This document shows positions 50,984-60,985 of a stretch of DNA of 64,000 nt, piece by piece. This DNA is from an uncultured Planctomycetaceae bacterium (GTDB taxonomy: Bacteria; Planctomycetota; Planctomycetia; Pirellulales; PNKZ01). Numbering within the stretch: the first letter of the stretch is position 1; every line of letters starts with the position of its first letter. The stretch lies in the NCBI GenBank assembly GCA_964652155.1, contig CAZZBK010000006.1:24714-88713 (forward strand). The letters run 5' to 3'. The position numbers and the translations under genes were made by a program. Under the pieces are notes generated by a model. That model had not been told where the DNA came from, made no database searches, and was given only the letters and a program-made list of their open reading frames with translations.

Positions 50984-53928
50984 TGTCGATGCGCGCTCCC
51001 ACGGTCTGGCTGCTGAGCTGTGTCGTGATCTGCCTCGGTGGTGTCGCGCAGGGCGCTCAGGCCGCCGAGTTCGATCAGGTTCTCAAGCCGTTGCTGACCG
51101 CGAAGTGCGTGAAGTGTCATGGGGCACGCGAGTCGCAAGGAAAAATCAATTTCCAGGCCTTCACCTCGGCCGAACGACTGTTGGCTCAACCTGAGTTGAT
51201 CCAGCGGATGCTCGAAGCGATCGACACCCAGGACATGCCCCCCGAGAGCGAGCCGCCGTTGGACTCGCAGGATCGTTCACGGTTGTTGGCGGCGCTCAAG
51301 TCGCTGCTGCGGCAATCAGCGGCCCTGGTCGAGCGCGGACGAACGCCGCTGCATCGTCTCAATCGCTTCCAGTACAACAACGCGGTCCGCGATCTGTTTC
51401 AGCTCAACCGCGATATCTTTGAATTGCCGGAAAAACTGCTGACGCGACTGGATCGTTATGTCCCCTCCGTCACGGGCAAAATGCCAGACCGTGTCAACGT
51501 GGTCTCGCAGGCGTTGAATCCTCCCGCGGGCCTGTCGGGCGTGCAGGCGTTTCCGAAAGATCTTCGCGCGGAACATGGCTTCGACAATCAGGCCAACAAG
51601 CTGACGCTCTCTCCGTTATTGCTCGATGCCTTCTTGCGGCTCAGCGTGTCGATCGTCGAAAGTCCCGATTTCAACCCCAAGACGGTCGGCATTTGGGAGG
51701 AGTTCTTTCAACAACCCGCCGACGGCTTGAACACGGAAGCGGAAATCCAACGGCGGCTGCGAAAGTTCCTGCGGCTAGCCTTTCGCGGTCCGATTGATGA
51801 GCCAACGCTGCAGCGGTATGCGTCCTACGCTGCCCAGAAAATGCGGCAAGGCCTGTCGTTTACCGAGAGCATGAAGAAGGTCGCGTCGGCCGCCTTGTGC
51901 TCGCCGATGTTCCTCTACCAATCGTCGGGAGTCGACGGCGCGGCGCGAGCGTATGAACTGGCGACGCGATTGTCGTTGTTCCTCTGGGCCAGCATCCCGG
52001 ACGAACAGCTCCTCGACCTGGCTCAACAAGGCGAACTGGGGCGTCCCGAGGTGCTGCAAAAGACCCTCGCGCGAATGCTCGCGGATCGCAAGATCGAGCG
52101 ATTCCTGGACACTTTTCCAGCGCAATGGATGCAGCTGGAGAACCTGCTGGCCGTGACACCCGACCCACAAAAGAGCCGCTATTTCAGCCTGGATGAGAGC
52201 TACCCCGCGAGTTTGCAAATGCTGGTCGAGCCGTTGCTGCTATTCGACGCGGTGTTTGTTGAGAATCGTCCTGTCGTGGATTTGCTCGCGCCGGCGTTTA
52301 GTTACCGCAGCGCGTTGCTGCGCGATTGGTATGAGTCCGACTTCCAACCACGGCAAGTGGATGCCCAACAGGTGATCGCCAAGAATCAAGAACTTCACCA
52401 GCGGCGAAAACAGTTGGAAGCGACTCTTGCATCCGCCCAGGCCGAGATCGATGCGCTGCTCAATCCCGCGCGCGAACGACGCATCGCCGACTGGAAACTA
52501 CGGCACGGTGACAAGCCCGTGGTCGAACTGAAACCCTACGCTGCCTGGGAATTCAACGGCGACTTGAAAGACTCGCGCAGCGCGCTCGACCTCACGGCGC
52601 ATGGCAAGGTCCTGTTCCGCGACGGCAGCGTGATCTTGAAAGGCGCATATTTGGAGAGCAAGCCGCTGCCCATCGACCTGCGGGCCAAGACGCTCGAAGT
52701 CTGGTTTCAGCTGGCCGATGTCAACCAGCGCGGCGGCGGTGTCATGGGCATTCAAGGACCCAAGGACTTTGACTCGATCGTGCTGGGCGAACGCAAACCG
52801 CAGCATTGGATCTCGGGCAGCAACGGCTTCAGTCGCACGGAAGACTTTCCTGACTCGATCGCCGAAACGAGCGTCAATCAACGCCTGCACCTGGCGATGG
52901 TCTACACGGCAGACGGCACAACCACGCTCTATCGCAATGGCACGCCGTACGGCAAGCCGTTTCGCAAAGGGTCCACGACCTTTCCGAAGGACAAAAGTTC
53001 GATCCTGTTCGGCCTGCGGCATCTCCCTCCCGGCGGCAACAAACATTTGTCAGTCAGCGTCGATCGCGCTCGGCTCTACGATCGCCCGTTGTCGGCCCGC
53101 GAGGTTGCAGCCTCGTTCAGCGGCACGGGTTGGTATTTTTCCGAACCCGAGTTGCTTGCCGAACTCACCGAGCCGCAGCGGCAACAACTTGCCGCCGCAC
53201 AAAAAACACTTACCCAGGCCACGGCCGACCTGGCTCAGGTTCCTCCGCCATACGATTTGAAGACGCTGCGCCAAGAGGCGCAGCGACAGCTCGACGACCA
53301 GGTTCGCGCCAAGTTGCGCTCGACCGTCTTCGAGCGCGTGGCCACAAGCGATCCGCGCTACGGTGGCGTCATCACCAATGCAGCCGTGCTGAGCATGACG
53401 TCCGGGCCGCTCCGAACCCAGCCGATTGCTCGCGGAGCTTGGGTCATCGAAGTGATCTTCAACGACCCACCTCCTCCGCCTCCGAACGATGTCCCGCCCT
53501 TAAAAGAAGACGACACGGCCAACCGGACCATTCGCGAGCAATTCGCCGCGCACCGCGCCAACCCGTCGTGTGCCGGTTGCCACGCGCGAATCGACCCACT
53601 GGGTTTCGCCCTGGAGAATTTCGACATCACGGGCCGGTGGCGAGACCGTTACGAGAACGGCAAACCGGTCGATGCCAGCGGCACGCTCCTGCGGCAGTAC
53701 ACGTTTGCCGGAGCCGTGGGGTTCAAGGAATCATTGGTCAAAGAGCAACAGCGATTCGCGCGAGCGTTCACGGCCCATCTGTTGCGATTTGCCTTGTCGC
53801 GAGAATTAAGTCCCGCCGACACTCTCGCGATCGATGCAATGGTCAGCAAGACCGCCGACGAGGGCTTCCGGCTGCAATCGCTCCTTCGCGAGATCGTGTC
53901 GAGCGAGAGCTTTTTGCAAAACCATTGA
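50983..53928 (+). CDS. DUF1592/DUF1588 diheme cytochrome c protein with an inserted LamG-like domain
   Basis: CVKCH, HRLNRFQYNN, RLSLFLWASIPD, coiled coil-LamG (KTLEVW, HLAMVY, ARLYDRPLS)-coiled coil, CAGCHARIDP; start overlaps the upstream stop (TAATG). Confidence 0.88.
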   Translation: MSMRAPTVWLLSCVVICLGGVAQGAQAAEFDQVLKPLLTAKCVKCHGARESQGKINFQAFTSAERLLAQPELIQRMLEAIDTQDMPPESEPPLDSQDRSRLLAALKSLLRQSAALVERGRTPLHRLNRFQYNNAVRDLFQLNRDIFELPEKLLTRLDRYVPSVTGKMPDRVNVVSQALNPPAGLSGVQAFPKDLRAEHGFDNQANKLTLSPLLLDAFLRLSVSIVESPDFNPKTVGIWEEFFQQPADGLNTEAEIQRRLRKFLRLAFRGPIDEPTLQRYASYAAQKMRQGLSFTESMKKVASAALCSPMFLYQSSGVDGAARAYELATRLSLFLWASIPDEQLLDLAQQGELGRPEVLQKTLARMLADRKIERFLDTFPAQWMQLENLLAVTPDPQKSRYFSLDESYPASLQMLVEPLLLFDAVFVENRPVVDLLAPAFSYRSALLRDWYESDFQPRQVDAQQVIAKNQELHQRRKQLEATLASAQAEIDALLNPARERRIADWKLRHGDKPVVELKPYAAWEFNGDLKDSRSALDLTAHGKVLFRDGSVILKGAYLESKPLPIDLRAKTLEVWFQLADVNQRGGGVMGIQGPKDFDSIVLGERKPQHWISGSNGFSRTEDFPDSIAETSVNQRLHLAMVYTADGTTTLYRNGTPYGKPFRKGSTTFPKDKSSILFGLRHLPPGGNKHLSVSVDRARLYDRPLSAREVAASFSGTGWYFSEPELLAELTEPQRQQLAAAQKTLTQATADLAQVPPPYDLKTLRQEAQRQLDDQVRAKLRSTVFERVATSDPRYGGVITNAAVLSMTSGPLRTQPIARGAWVIEVIFNDPPPPPPNDVPPLKEDDTANRTIREQFAAHRANPSCAGCHARIDPLGFALENFDITGRWRDRYENGKPVDASGTLLRQYTFAGAVGFKESLVKEQQRFARAFTAHLLRFALSRELSPADTLAIDAMVSKTADEGFRLQSLLREIVSSESFLQNH

Positions 53929-53933
53929 TACGC

Positions 53934-54728
53934 TCACTCAGGTGTTTGCCTCGCGCCACGTTGCCAGCGCTCGACAAACGCCCGATAGTCGTCGGGGGTG
54001 TCGATGCCAATGCTCGGCTCGTCCACAATACCGACGATGATCGCGTGCCCCGCGTGCAGCACGCGCAGTTGTTCGAGCTTTTCGATCCGCTCCAGATCGC
54101 ATGGCGGCAACGAGGCGAGTTGCAACAGGAAATCGCGCCGGTAGGCGTAGAGCCCCAAGTGCTGCAAGAACCGCGGCGGTTCGGCAGAGAGCAGGGCGTC
54201 GTCCCACTCGCGCGGATGCGGGATCACGCTACGGCTGAAATACAGCGCCCGCGACCGGGCGTCGCACACCACTTTGACACACCCCGGGTCGATGAGCTTG
54301 CAGCGCTCGCGAATCGGCGTGGCGAGCGTGGCCATTTGGACGTCGGGATTCTGTTCGAGCAATTGCACGGCCAGATCGATCGTTTCGCCCGAGAGTTCCG
54401 GTTCATCCCCTTGCACATTCACGAAGATGTCGATGTCCGCGCGTCGACTGGCCACCTCGGCCACGCGATCGGTGCCGCTCTGGCAGTCGACGCTCGTCAT
54501 CTCGGCCACGCCGCCAAAGCCGCGCACCTCGTGCAGGATTTGCTCATGATCGGTGGCCACGACGATGCCGAGCGGCTTGCGTGCCCGACGGGCCGACTCA
54601 AACGTGTGCTGAATGAGCGTCTTGCCCGTCTCGCGCAGCAGCAGCTTGCGTGGCAGCCGCGTGCTTTGGAGCCGCGCGGGGATGACGATGAGGGACGAAG
54701 GTTGCGTGACGCGGGGTGAGGAGGACAC
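53934..54728 (-). CDS. kdsB: 3-deoxy-manno-octulosonate cytidylyltransferase
   Basis: IPARLQSTRLPRK, SGTDR, NVQGDEP, ALYFSRS and EKLEQLR motifs. Confidence 0.95.
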   Translation of the reverse strand: MSSSPRVTQPSSLIVIPARLQSTRLPRKLLLRETGKTLIQHTFESARRARKPLGIVVATDHEQILHEVRGFGGVAEMTSVDCQSGTDRVAEVASRRADIDIFVNVQGDEPELSGETIDLAVQLLEQNPDVQMATLATPIRERCKLIDPGCVKVVCDARSRALYFSRSVIPHPREWDDALLSAEPPRFLQHLGLYAYRRDFLLQLASLPPCDLERIEKLEQLRVLHAGHAIIVGIVDEPSIGIDTPDDYRAFVERWQRGARQTPE

Positions 54729-54739
54729 AGTACGGTTCC

Positions 54740-57079
54740 TTACGGAGGGACGGGGCCTGCCGATTTCGACCGTTGTAGCTGCGCGCCGATCTGCTGCAAG
54801 AGCCGCTGCTGCGACGGATCGAGCGCCACCAACCGCTGCGCGCTCTCGAATGCCTCGACCCAGCGTTTTTGTTCGGCGTACAGCAAGGTCAGCGCCAGCC
54901 GGGGGTCGACCATGCCGATGTCCAGTTCGCAGGCGCGGCGCAGGACCCCCTCGGCCTCGATCAGTTGCCCCGACTGCTGCAGCGCCAGAGCGAGGTTGTA
55001 CTGCATGCGGGCGTTGCGTGGCGATAATCTCGTGGCCTCTCGCAATGGCTCGATTGCGTCATGGACGCGCGACTCGGCCAGCAGCAAGCCGAGCGAGTAG
55101 TGGGCCGCGTCCCAATCGGGACGCAGCTTGATGACCTCGCGGTACAAGCGTTCCGCTTCGGTCGAGTTCTGCCGCTGATGTTCGAGCATGGCCAGGTTGA
55201 CCCGCGCGGGGATCGACAGCTCATCCAGCCGCAGTGCCGTGCGGTACTCGCTAATCGCGTCGTCCGTGCGTCCCAGGTTCTCGCGCACGATGCCGATCGC
55301 CATGTGGGCGTCGGCGCGGTCGTCGCTCTCGCGCTGGCCGGCTTCCCATTCGGCCAAGACCACGTTGAACTTGGCGAGTTGCTGTTGATCGAGCAGCGCC
55401 AAGGGGACTCGCGCCAGAATGCGAGCGGCCTCGGTGCGCACGCCGCGCACGGGGTCGTCGAGCAGCGGCACCAGACGATCGCGCAGCTTGGCGGCCTGCC
55501 CCTCGGAAAACTCTCGCGGCAACTCCATGCTTCGCACGGCGGCGATTCGCACCTGCGGCTCTTGGTCGCCAAGCATCGCGATGACCAAATCGCGGGCGGC
55601 GTCGGTGGAGTAGTTGCCCAGCAGCGACAAGGCGCTCGCCCGGACGTAGCCACCGACCGCCTTGGCCCGATCGGACTCTTGGCCCCCTTGGACGATGCGG
55701 CGCAGCAGGACTTCCCCTTCGGGGCGTAAATCGCGACCGGCCGCGATGGCCTCGCCGTAGTGGGGTTGCCGATGGCGTTTGTTCGGATACCACTCGACGA
55801 TCTTTTGGCTCAATTGCTCGTCGGTGTAAATTAGCGGCTGGTCGTCTTTCTTGGCGAGCTGTTTCGCGTCCTTGGCATGACACGCTTGGCAGGCGTTGGG
55901 GGTGCCGAGCTTGACGCTCAGATCGGGGCGCGGCACGCGCAGGCTGTGATCGCGCCGCGGGTCGACGACCATGTAGTGCTTCACCGGCATATGACACTCG
56001 ACGCACTGCGCAGCCTGCGTGCCCTGCGCGTGGCGATGATGGGCCGGCGAGTCGTAATTACCCTTGGCGAGCGTGTGACAACGCACGCACAACTGATTGC
56101 CGGGCAATTTCAACTTGGTCGAGTGCGGGTCGTGGCAGTCGCTGCAGCGGACGTTCTCGCGATGCATGCGGCTCTGCAAGAACGAGCCGTACTCATAATC
56201 CTCTTCGAGAATTTGTCCGTCGGCATGATACTCGCGACCGTTGAGGAGCGTGGGTTCGTAATAGTCTAAGAACTCGCGGCCCGGATGGTAGTTGGCATGG
56301 ACAATGCGCCGCCGGGCATGGCACTTGGCGCAGGTCTCGACCTCGTGCTTGCTGCTCGCGCTCTTGAGCGGCGCCAGGCCGTGGCCGTGGTTGCGATCCC
56401 AAAACAACGAGCGCGACTTGACCAGATCAATGTGCAACGAGCCCGGCCCGTGACACGCCTCACAGCTCACGTCGATTTCGGACCAGGTGGTGTGAAACGT
56501 GTTGCTGGCCAGATCGTAATGCTTCTGCAAGTTGGTCGAGTGGCAATCGGCGCACATGAAGTTCCAGTTCTGCGCCGGCCGCGTCCAGTGCAACTCGTCG
56601 GTGTGCGGAATCTTCTCGTTCGGATAGAGATGGAACCAGCGTTTGCCCAGCGTGTCCCAGGCGATCGACAGCACCTGCACGCGGCCGTCGGCGAATTCGA
56701 CCATGTACTGCTGCAAAGGCCGAACGCCGAAGACATACTTGATGGGAAATTTTTCCAGTTCCCCCTGCGCGTTGTCGGTGGTGATGTAAAACGCATCCCC
56801 CTCGCGGGTCATCGTCGAGGTGACACCGAAATGGGTGAACGGTTGGTTCGCGAAGTTGCCGAGCACCGTCGAGGGCGTCGCCAAATCCATCGCCAGGTCA
56901 TGATCCGAGCCGGTCCAGTGTTGGGTCTGCTCGGCGTGGCAGCTCGCACAGGAGTTGCGGCCCACAAAATTCATGGGCGTGTCGAGCGGGTATGCCCACC
57001 ACCAGTCGACCGCCGCACAAACTCCGGCCAGAGCGACACAGGCCAGCAACGTGATGAGCAACGGTCGGGGCATGAGCAC
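54740..57079 (-). CDS. Octaheme c-type cytochrome with HEAT and TPR repeats
   Basis: Eight CxxCH motifs (CASCH, CADCH, CEACH, CAKCH, CSDCH, CVRCH, CVECH, CQACH), N-terminal anchor and C-terminal helical repeats. Confidence 0.88.
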   Translation of the reverse strand: MLMPRPLLITLLACVALAGVCAAVDWWWAYPLDTPMNFVGRNSCASCHAEQTQHWTGSDHDLAMDLATPSTVLGNFANQPFTHFGVTSTMTREGDAFYITTDNAQGELEKFPIKYVFGVRPLQQYMVEFADGRVQVLSIAWDTLGKRWFHLYPNEKIPHTDELHWTRPAQNWNFMCADCHSTNLQKHYDLASNTFHTTWSEIDVSCEACHGPGSLHIDLVKSRSLFWDRNHGHGLAPLKSASSKHEVETCAKCHARRRIVHANYHPGREFLDYYEPTLLNGREYHADGQILEEDYEYGSFLQSRMHRENVRCSDCHDPHSTKLKLPGNQLCVRCHTLAKGNYDSPAHHRHAQGTQAAQCVECHMPVKHYMVVDPRRDHSLRVPRPDLSVKLGTPNACQACHAKDAKQLAKKDDQPLIYTDEQLSQKIVEWYPNKRHRQPHYGEAIAAGRDLRPEGEVLLRRIVQGGQESDRAKAVGGYVRASALSLLGNYSTDAARDLVIAMLGDQEPQVRIAAVRSMELPREFSEGQAAKLRDRLVPLLDDPVRGVRTEAARILARVPLALLDQQQLAKFNVVLAEWEAGQRESDDRADAHMAIGIVRENLGRTDDAISEYRTALRLDELSIPARVNLAMLEHQRQNSTEAERLYREVIKLRPDWDAAHYSLGLLLAESRVHDAIEPLREATRLSPRNARMQYNLALALQQSGQLIEAEGVLRRACELDIGMVDPRLALTLLYAEQKRWVEAFESAQRLVALDPSQQRLLQQIGAQLQRSKSAGPVPP

Positions 57080-57084
57080 AACTC

Positions 57085-58251
57085 TTAGGCCTGCTTGGCC
57101 GACGCGGCTTGCTCGACCAGCGCGGCGGCAAAGCCCACGATATCACCGCGCTCGCGAGCCACACGCTGCATGCGATCGTATTGCTGACCGTAATGGGCCA
57201 TCTCCAACAGCGAGGGGGCTAAGCCCGAACGCTGCGTCCCGGCCGGAATGAGCCGAGCCGTGGCGTCGATCGCGTCGGCCCAGCGTCCCAGCCGAGACAA
57301 GAGACCGACGTAGATTTCGGCCGGGCCGGGGTTGTTCTCTTCCGCCTCGCGGGTCGCGATCGCCTCGAAGTGCGGCAATGCCTGGTCGAGTTGCTCGCCA
57401 AGCAAAGCATGGAAGAACAAGCGGCTGCTGGGATACAAATCCTCGAACGGCGGGTCGCCCGGATATTGCAACTGCGGACTCAAGTGGCAACCGTAGGCGG
57501 CCAGATCGATCGCCTTGCGCAGCACGGCCGGGTCGTCGACGACGATGGCGAATCGCATGACCGAACTCAGGTGCGATGTGTCGATATGGTAGTTGTCGTT
57601 GGCAAAGAGCCAATCGCGATCGGCGCAAAGTTCGGCGATACTGGCCTCGGCGGGGTTGCTCCCTTCCTGACGTTGGATGTCCGTGCGCAAACTGTGCGTC
57701 AGATCGTTGTGCAAGCGTTCGACGAGCAATGAGGCGACCGCTTGGCGATCTTCCTTGCTGCGCTGGTTCATTTCGGCATCGTAGGTGGAGATGGCGTTGC
57801 ACGTTCCCTGGCGCTCGATGAGCAACTCGAAGCCGAGCCGCGGCGCGATGCCTTCGTAGATCGAAAGTTCGATGATCGTGTCGTAATCCTCTTCAGCATC
57901 GAGCTGGCGGAGTGCGTCGGCCACGGTCTTCTTGTCGCCAAGCGGACGCAGATACATCCAGGCCTGGCGGACATCCCCTTTCTTGAGCAGTTCTTGGCCC
58001 ACCTCGCGGCAGGCGTCGAGGTACGCGGCCTCGACCTGCGAGCGCTGCGGCTCGGGGAGATCGTCGAGCCCCTTGGTCACGATGATCGGCAGTCCCAAGC
58101 GCTGGCGAGCCTGCATCAGCCGCACGTCGAATAGTTCGTGGAACTTGCCCTCGGCGGCCAGTTGCTTCGCCAGGGCACCGAGCGCGGCGGCCGGGCCCTG
58201 CTGCCGCATATTCGCTTGGAGTTGATCGAACGTGTCGTTGGTGACCGTCAT
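57085..58251 (-). CDS. Hypothetical all-helical protein
   Basis: Long ORF with host-like codon pattern and AWMYLR, GTCNAIS and YHIDTSHL motifs; likely start is MTVTND. Confidence 0.75.
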   Translation of the reverse strand: MTVTNDTFDQLQANMRQQGPAAALGALAKQLAAEGKFHELFDVRLMQARQRLGLPIIVTKGLDDLPEPQRSQVEAAYLDACREVGQELLKKGDVRQAWMYLRPLGDKKTVADALRQLDAEEDYDTIIELSIYEGIAPRLGFELLIERQGTCNAISTYDAEMNQRSKEDRQAVASLLVERLHNDLTHSLRTDIQRQEGSNPAEASIAELCADRDWLFANDNYHIDTSHLSSVMRFAIVVDDPAVLRKAIDLAAYGCHLSPQLQYPGDPPFEDLYPSSRLFFHALLGEQLDQALPHFEAIATREAEENNPGPAEIYVGLLSRLGRWADAIDATARLIPAGTQRSGLAPSLLEMAHYGQQYDRMQRVARERGDIVGFAAALVEQAASAKQA

Positions 58252-58598
58252 GGGGCGTCTCAAGGGGCAGGAGTGAAAGTTGCGGGGAACCTCTGATCGT
58301 ACTGCGGAGAAATCGTGAATCCCAGTAGGCGGCAGCGGAAATGAATTACGAAGGGCGCGCTCAATGGCCACCCGGCGGGTGGTTAACCTCGGGATGCCGG
58401 TCGATCGCATGGATCGCAATCTTCGCAGACTACTCAGATTAATGCAAATAACCCCTATATGCGGGTGCCTTGCCTTAACCAGCAAACTTTACCTAATCCC
58501 ATCAACCGGATTGCGCCGAATAGAACGAACGGAGAGCCGCATTTTCCGGCCCAAGGTGGACGGATTCTGCGCAAGACGCGAGCCAAGGATAAGTAATC

Positions 58599-60245
58599 AT
58601 GGATGTAAAAGCGGTTTCGAGGCGCGTGCTATCGTCGGTCCTGTTGTTGGCCCAAGGGCTCACGGCGGCTGGGGCGCCTCCGGAAGGAACAACGCCCGCG
58701 ACGATCACCCCAGTGGCCGCCACTACGGTGCTCAACGCGCCGATCCGTGGTAATGACATTAAGCCCTCGGCGGAATCGCTGGGCAAAGAGCGGGCTTTCA
58801 TCTCCGGCATGGCTGATCCCGAGATCCGCATCTCATTGCTGCCGCATCGTTCGAAACTCATTCGCACCAAGAAAGAAGTGCGTCGCACGTCGATCCTCAA
58901 CGACAGCGTGGCGGGATTGACGCAGCTGTCGCCGACAGAATTTGAAATCAGCGGCGAACGGCAAGGTGAGACGGTATTGACGTTCTGGTTTGGTGATCCG
59001 CCGAACACCGAGGACGTGTTGCGCTACTTGGTGGTGGTTGGTCCCGACGAGGCGGTCGAGGAGCAATTGGCCGAGGCGTATCGGCGCGTGGAGGAAAAGC
59101 TCAACGAGGCGTTTCCCAACAGTCAAATTCAACTCATACCCGTGGCCGACAAAGTGATCGTTCGCGGCCAGGCGCGAGACACGGAAGAGTACGAACATAT
59201 TCTGTCCATTCTACGTGGTCAGGGTGCCACGTCCGGCGACAATGCGTCGGGCAATTTGGGGGGCGCGACGCCGACGTTGGCTTCGTTACCTGACAGCCAA
59301 GGGCTACCCAGCGGTCGCTTGATCAACATGCTCACGGTGCCTGGCGAGCAACAGATTTTGCTCAAGGTGCGGGTCGCCGAACTCACGCGCACCGCGCTGC
59401 GTGAGTTGGGAGTCGATTTTTCGATAGCCAAGGATGGCATCGCCTTGTCGAGCATCCTGGGTAGTGGCGGCAACATTACCGCCTTGTTCGACAACCAAGA
59501 CATTTCGCTGTTCTTACGCGCGACGGCGAGCAACGGCAGCACCAGAATTTTGGCCGAACCCAACCTTGTGACGCTTAATGGCCAGTCGGCCAGCTTCATT
59601 GCGGGTGGTCAATTCGCCGTGCCAACGGCGGTGGGTGTGGGGGGGGTGCAAGCGGCCACAACGTTCTTTCAGGGCTTTGGCACGCAGTTGTTGTTCACGC
59701 CAACCTTGCTAGACAAGGACAGGGTTCGCTTGCAGGTGACCCCCACCTTTAGCACGCTCAACAACCAAAACAAGGTCAATGGCATTCCCGGGCTGAATAC
59801 CCGCAGCGTGAGCACCACGGTGGACATGCGTGCCGGGCAATGGCTGGCGATCGCCGGCTTGATTCAAGATCAGCAGGTGGGGACCAGCGTGCGCGTGCCC
59901 GGGCTGGGAGATATCCCCATCGTGAGCATGATGTTTGGTCATAACAAGGTGCAGCGCGACGAGACCGAGCTGTTGGTGCTGGTGAGCCCCGAGTTGACGC
60001 GCCCCATTGAGGCGGATCAACTTCCGCCGCTGCTGCCAGGCATGGAAGTGACCGAGCCGGGCCCCGGCGCGTTTTATTTGATGGGCATGATCGAAGGTTT
60101 TCCGGACATCCATCATCGCAGCACGGTGTTTCCGGGCGTGAACTCGCAGGCTTGGCGCGCGTTGCAGCAGCAGCGCAAGGCGAATGGCCGCTTTCAGAAG
60201 TGTGAAAAGTTCTTCGTCGATGGCGACCACGGATTTTCTCAATAA
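58599..60245 (+). CDS. cpaC: Tad/Flp pilus secretin (CpaC/RcpA family)
   Basis: QQILLKVRVAELTR, ILAEPNLVTLNGQSASFIAGG, LLFTP, LAIAGL, VPGLGDIP and ETELLVLVSP motifs. Confidence 0.85.
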   Translation: MDVKAVSRRVLSSVLLLAQGLTAAGAPPEGTTPATITPVAATTVLNAPIRGNDIKPSAESLGKERAFISGMADPEIRISLLPHRSKLIRTKKEVRRTSILNDSVAGLTQLSPTEFEISGERQGETVLTFWFGDPPNTEDVLRYLVVVGPDEAVEEQLAEAYRRVEEKLNEAFPNSQIQLIPVADKVIVRGQARDTEEYEHILSILRGQGATSGDNASGNLGGATPTLASLPDSQGLPSGRLINMLTVPGEQQILLKVRVAELTRTALRELGVDFSIAKDGIALSSILGSGGNITALFDNQDISLFLRATASNGSTRILAEPNLVTLNGQSASFIAGGQFAVPTAVGVGGVQAATTFFQGFGTQLLFTPTLLDKDRVRLQVTPTFSTLNNQNKVNGIPGLNTRSVSTTVDMRAGQWLAIAGLIQDQQVGTSVRVPGLGDIPIVSMMFGHNKVQRDETELLVLVSPELTRPIEADQLPPLLPGMEVTEPGPGAFYLMGMIEGFPDIHHRSTVFPGVNSQAWRALQQQRKANGRFQKCEKFFVDGDHGFSQ

Positions 60246-60290
60246 CCTCGCGCTCAGCCGCGGCAGATCTGAAGCATATGGAACAAGCAT

Positions 60291-60914
60291 ATGACGCACG
60301 ACGCTCAATACTCACGACGACTGCTCCTGACGGGCTCGGCGGCGCTGCTCTTGGGCAGCATTGCGGCCGGGTGCGGCAACGCACTGTGCTGCCCCAGGGG
60401 AATGCGTTCCGGTCAGCCGCGCGGGCTCGCCGCCTATCGCAAGCCCCCGTTGCCGCTGGGGAGCGAGTACGACAAGTTCTGGCAAGTGCAGGGGGAGAAC
60501 GTCGACGCCTCGAACTTTGTCGTTTACCAGCATGAGTTCAAGCTCAATGGCATTCGATTGAACAGCGATGGCGAAGATCATATTAAACGGATCGCCCAAC
60601 GACTGATCGACGGCGCAAACTACCCCGTGATTGTCGAGCGGAGCACCACTTCACCGGATCCGAAGTCCAAGTACCAATTTCCCATCCATCGCAATCCCGA
60701 TCTCGACAATCGGCGGCGCGAGGTGGTGATCAAGGCCCTGTCGGCCTTGGCGGTTCCGGACCCCGAGAATCGCGTGATTGTCGCCCTTCCGTTTGCGCAG
60801 GGACTGACCCCTGGCGTCGCCGACCAAATCGGCTCGGGTCAGGGGGGCGGGGGCGGGGGATCGTTTCGTGGCGGCTTCGGTGGTTTTGGTGGCACGGGTG
60901 GCGGCGTTTTCTGA
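60291..60914 (+). CDS. Hypothetical lipoprotein of the Tad locus
   Basis: SRRLLL...IAAGC lipobox, RLNSDGEDHIKRIA, LDNRRREVV and Gly-rich tail. Confidence 0.7.
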   Translation: MTHDAQYSRRLLLTGSAALLLGSIAAGCGNALCCPRGMRSGQPRGLAAYRKPPLPLGSEYDKFWQVQGENVDASNFVVYQHEFKLNGIRLNSDGEDHIKRIAQRLIDGANYPVIVERSTTSPDPKSKYQFPIHRNPDLDNRRREVVIKALSALAVPDPENRVIVALPFAQGLTPGVADQIGSGQGGGGGGSFRGGFGGFGGTGGGVF

Positions 60915-60985
60915 TGAGCTCGACTTTCGGCACGTGTGTTACTTCAGCCGGACAAGCGATGAACATGAACATGTATCCCTATCAA

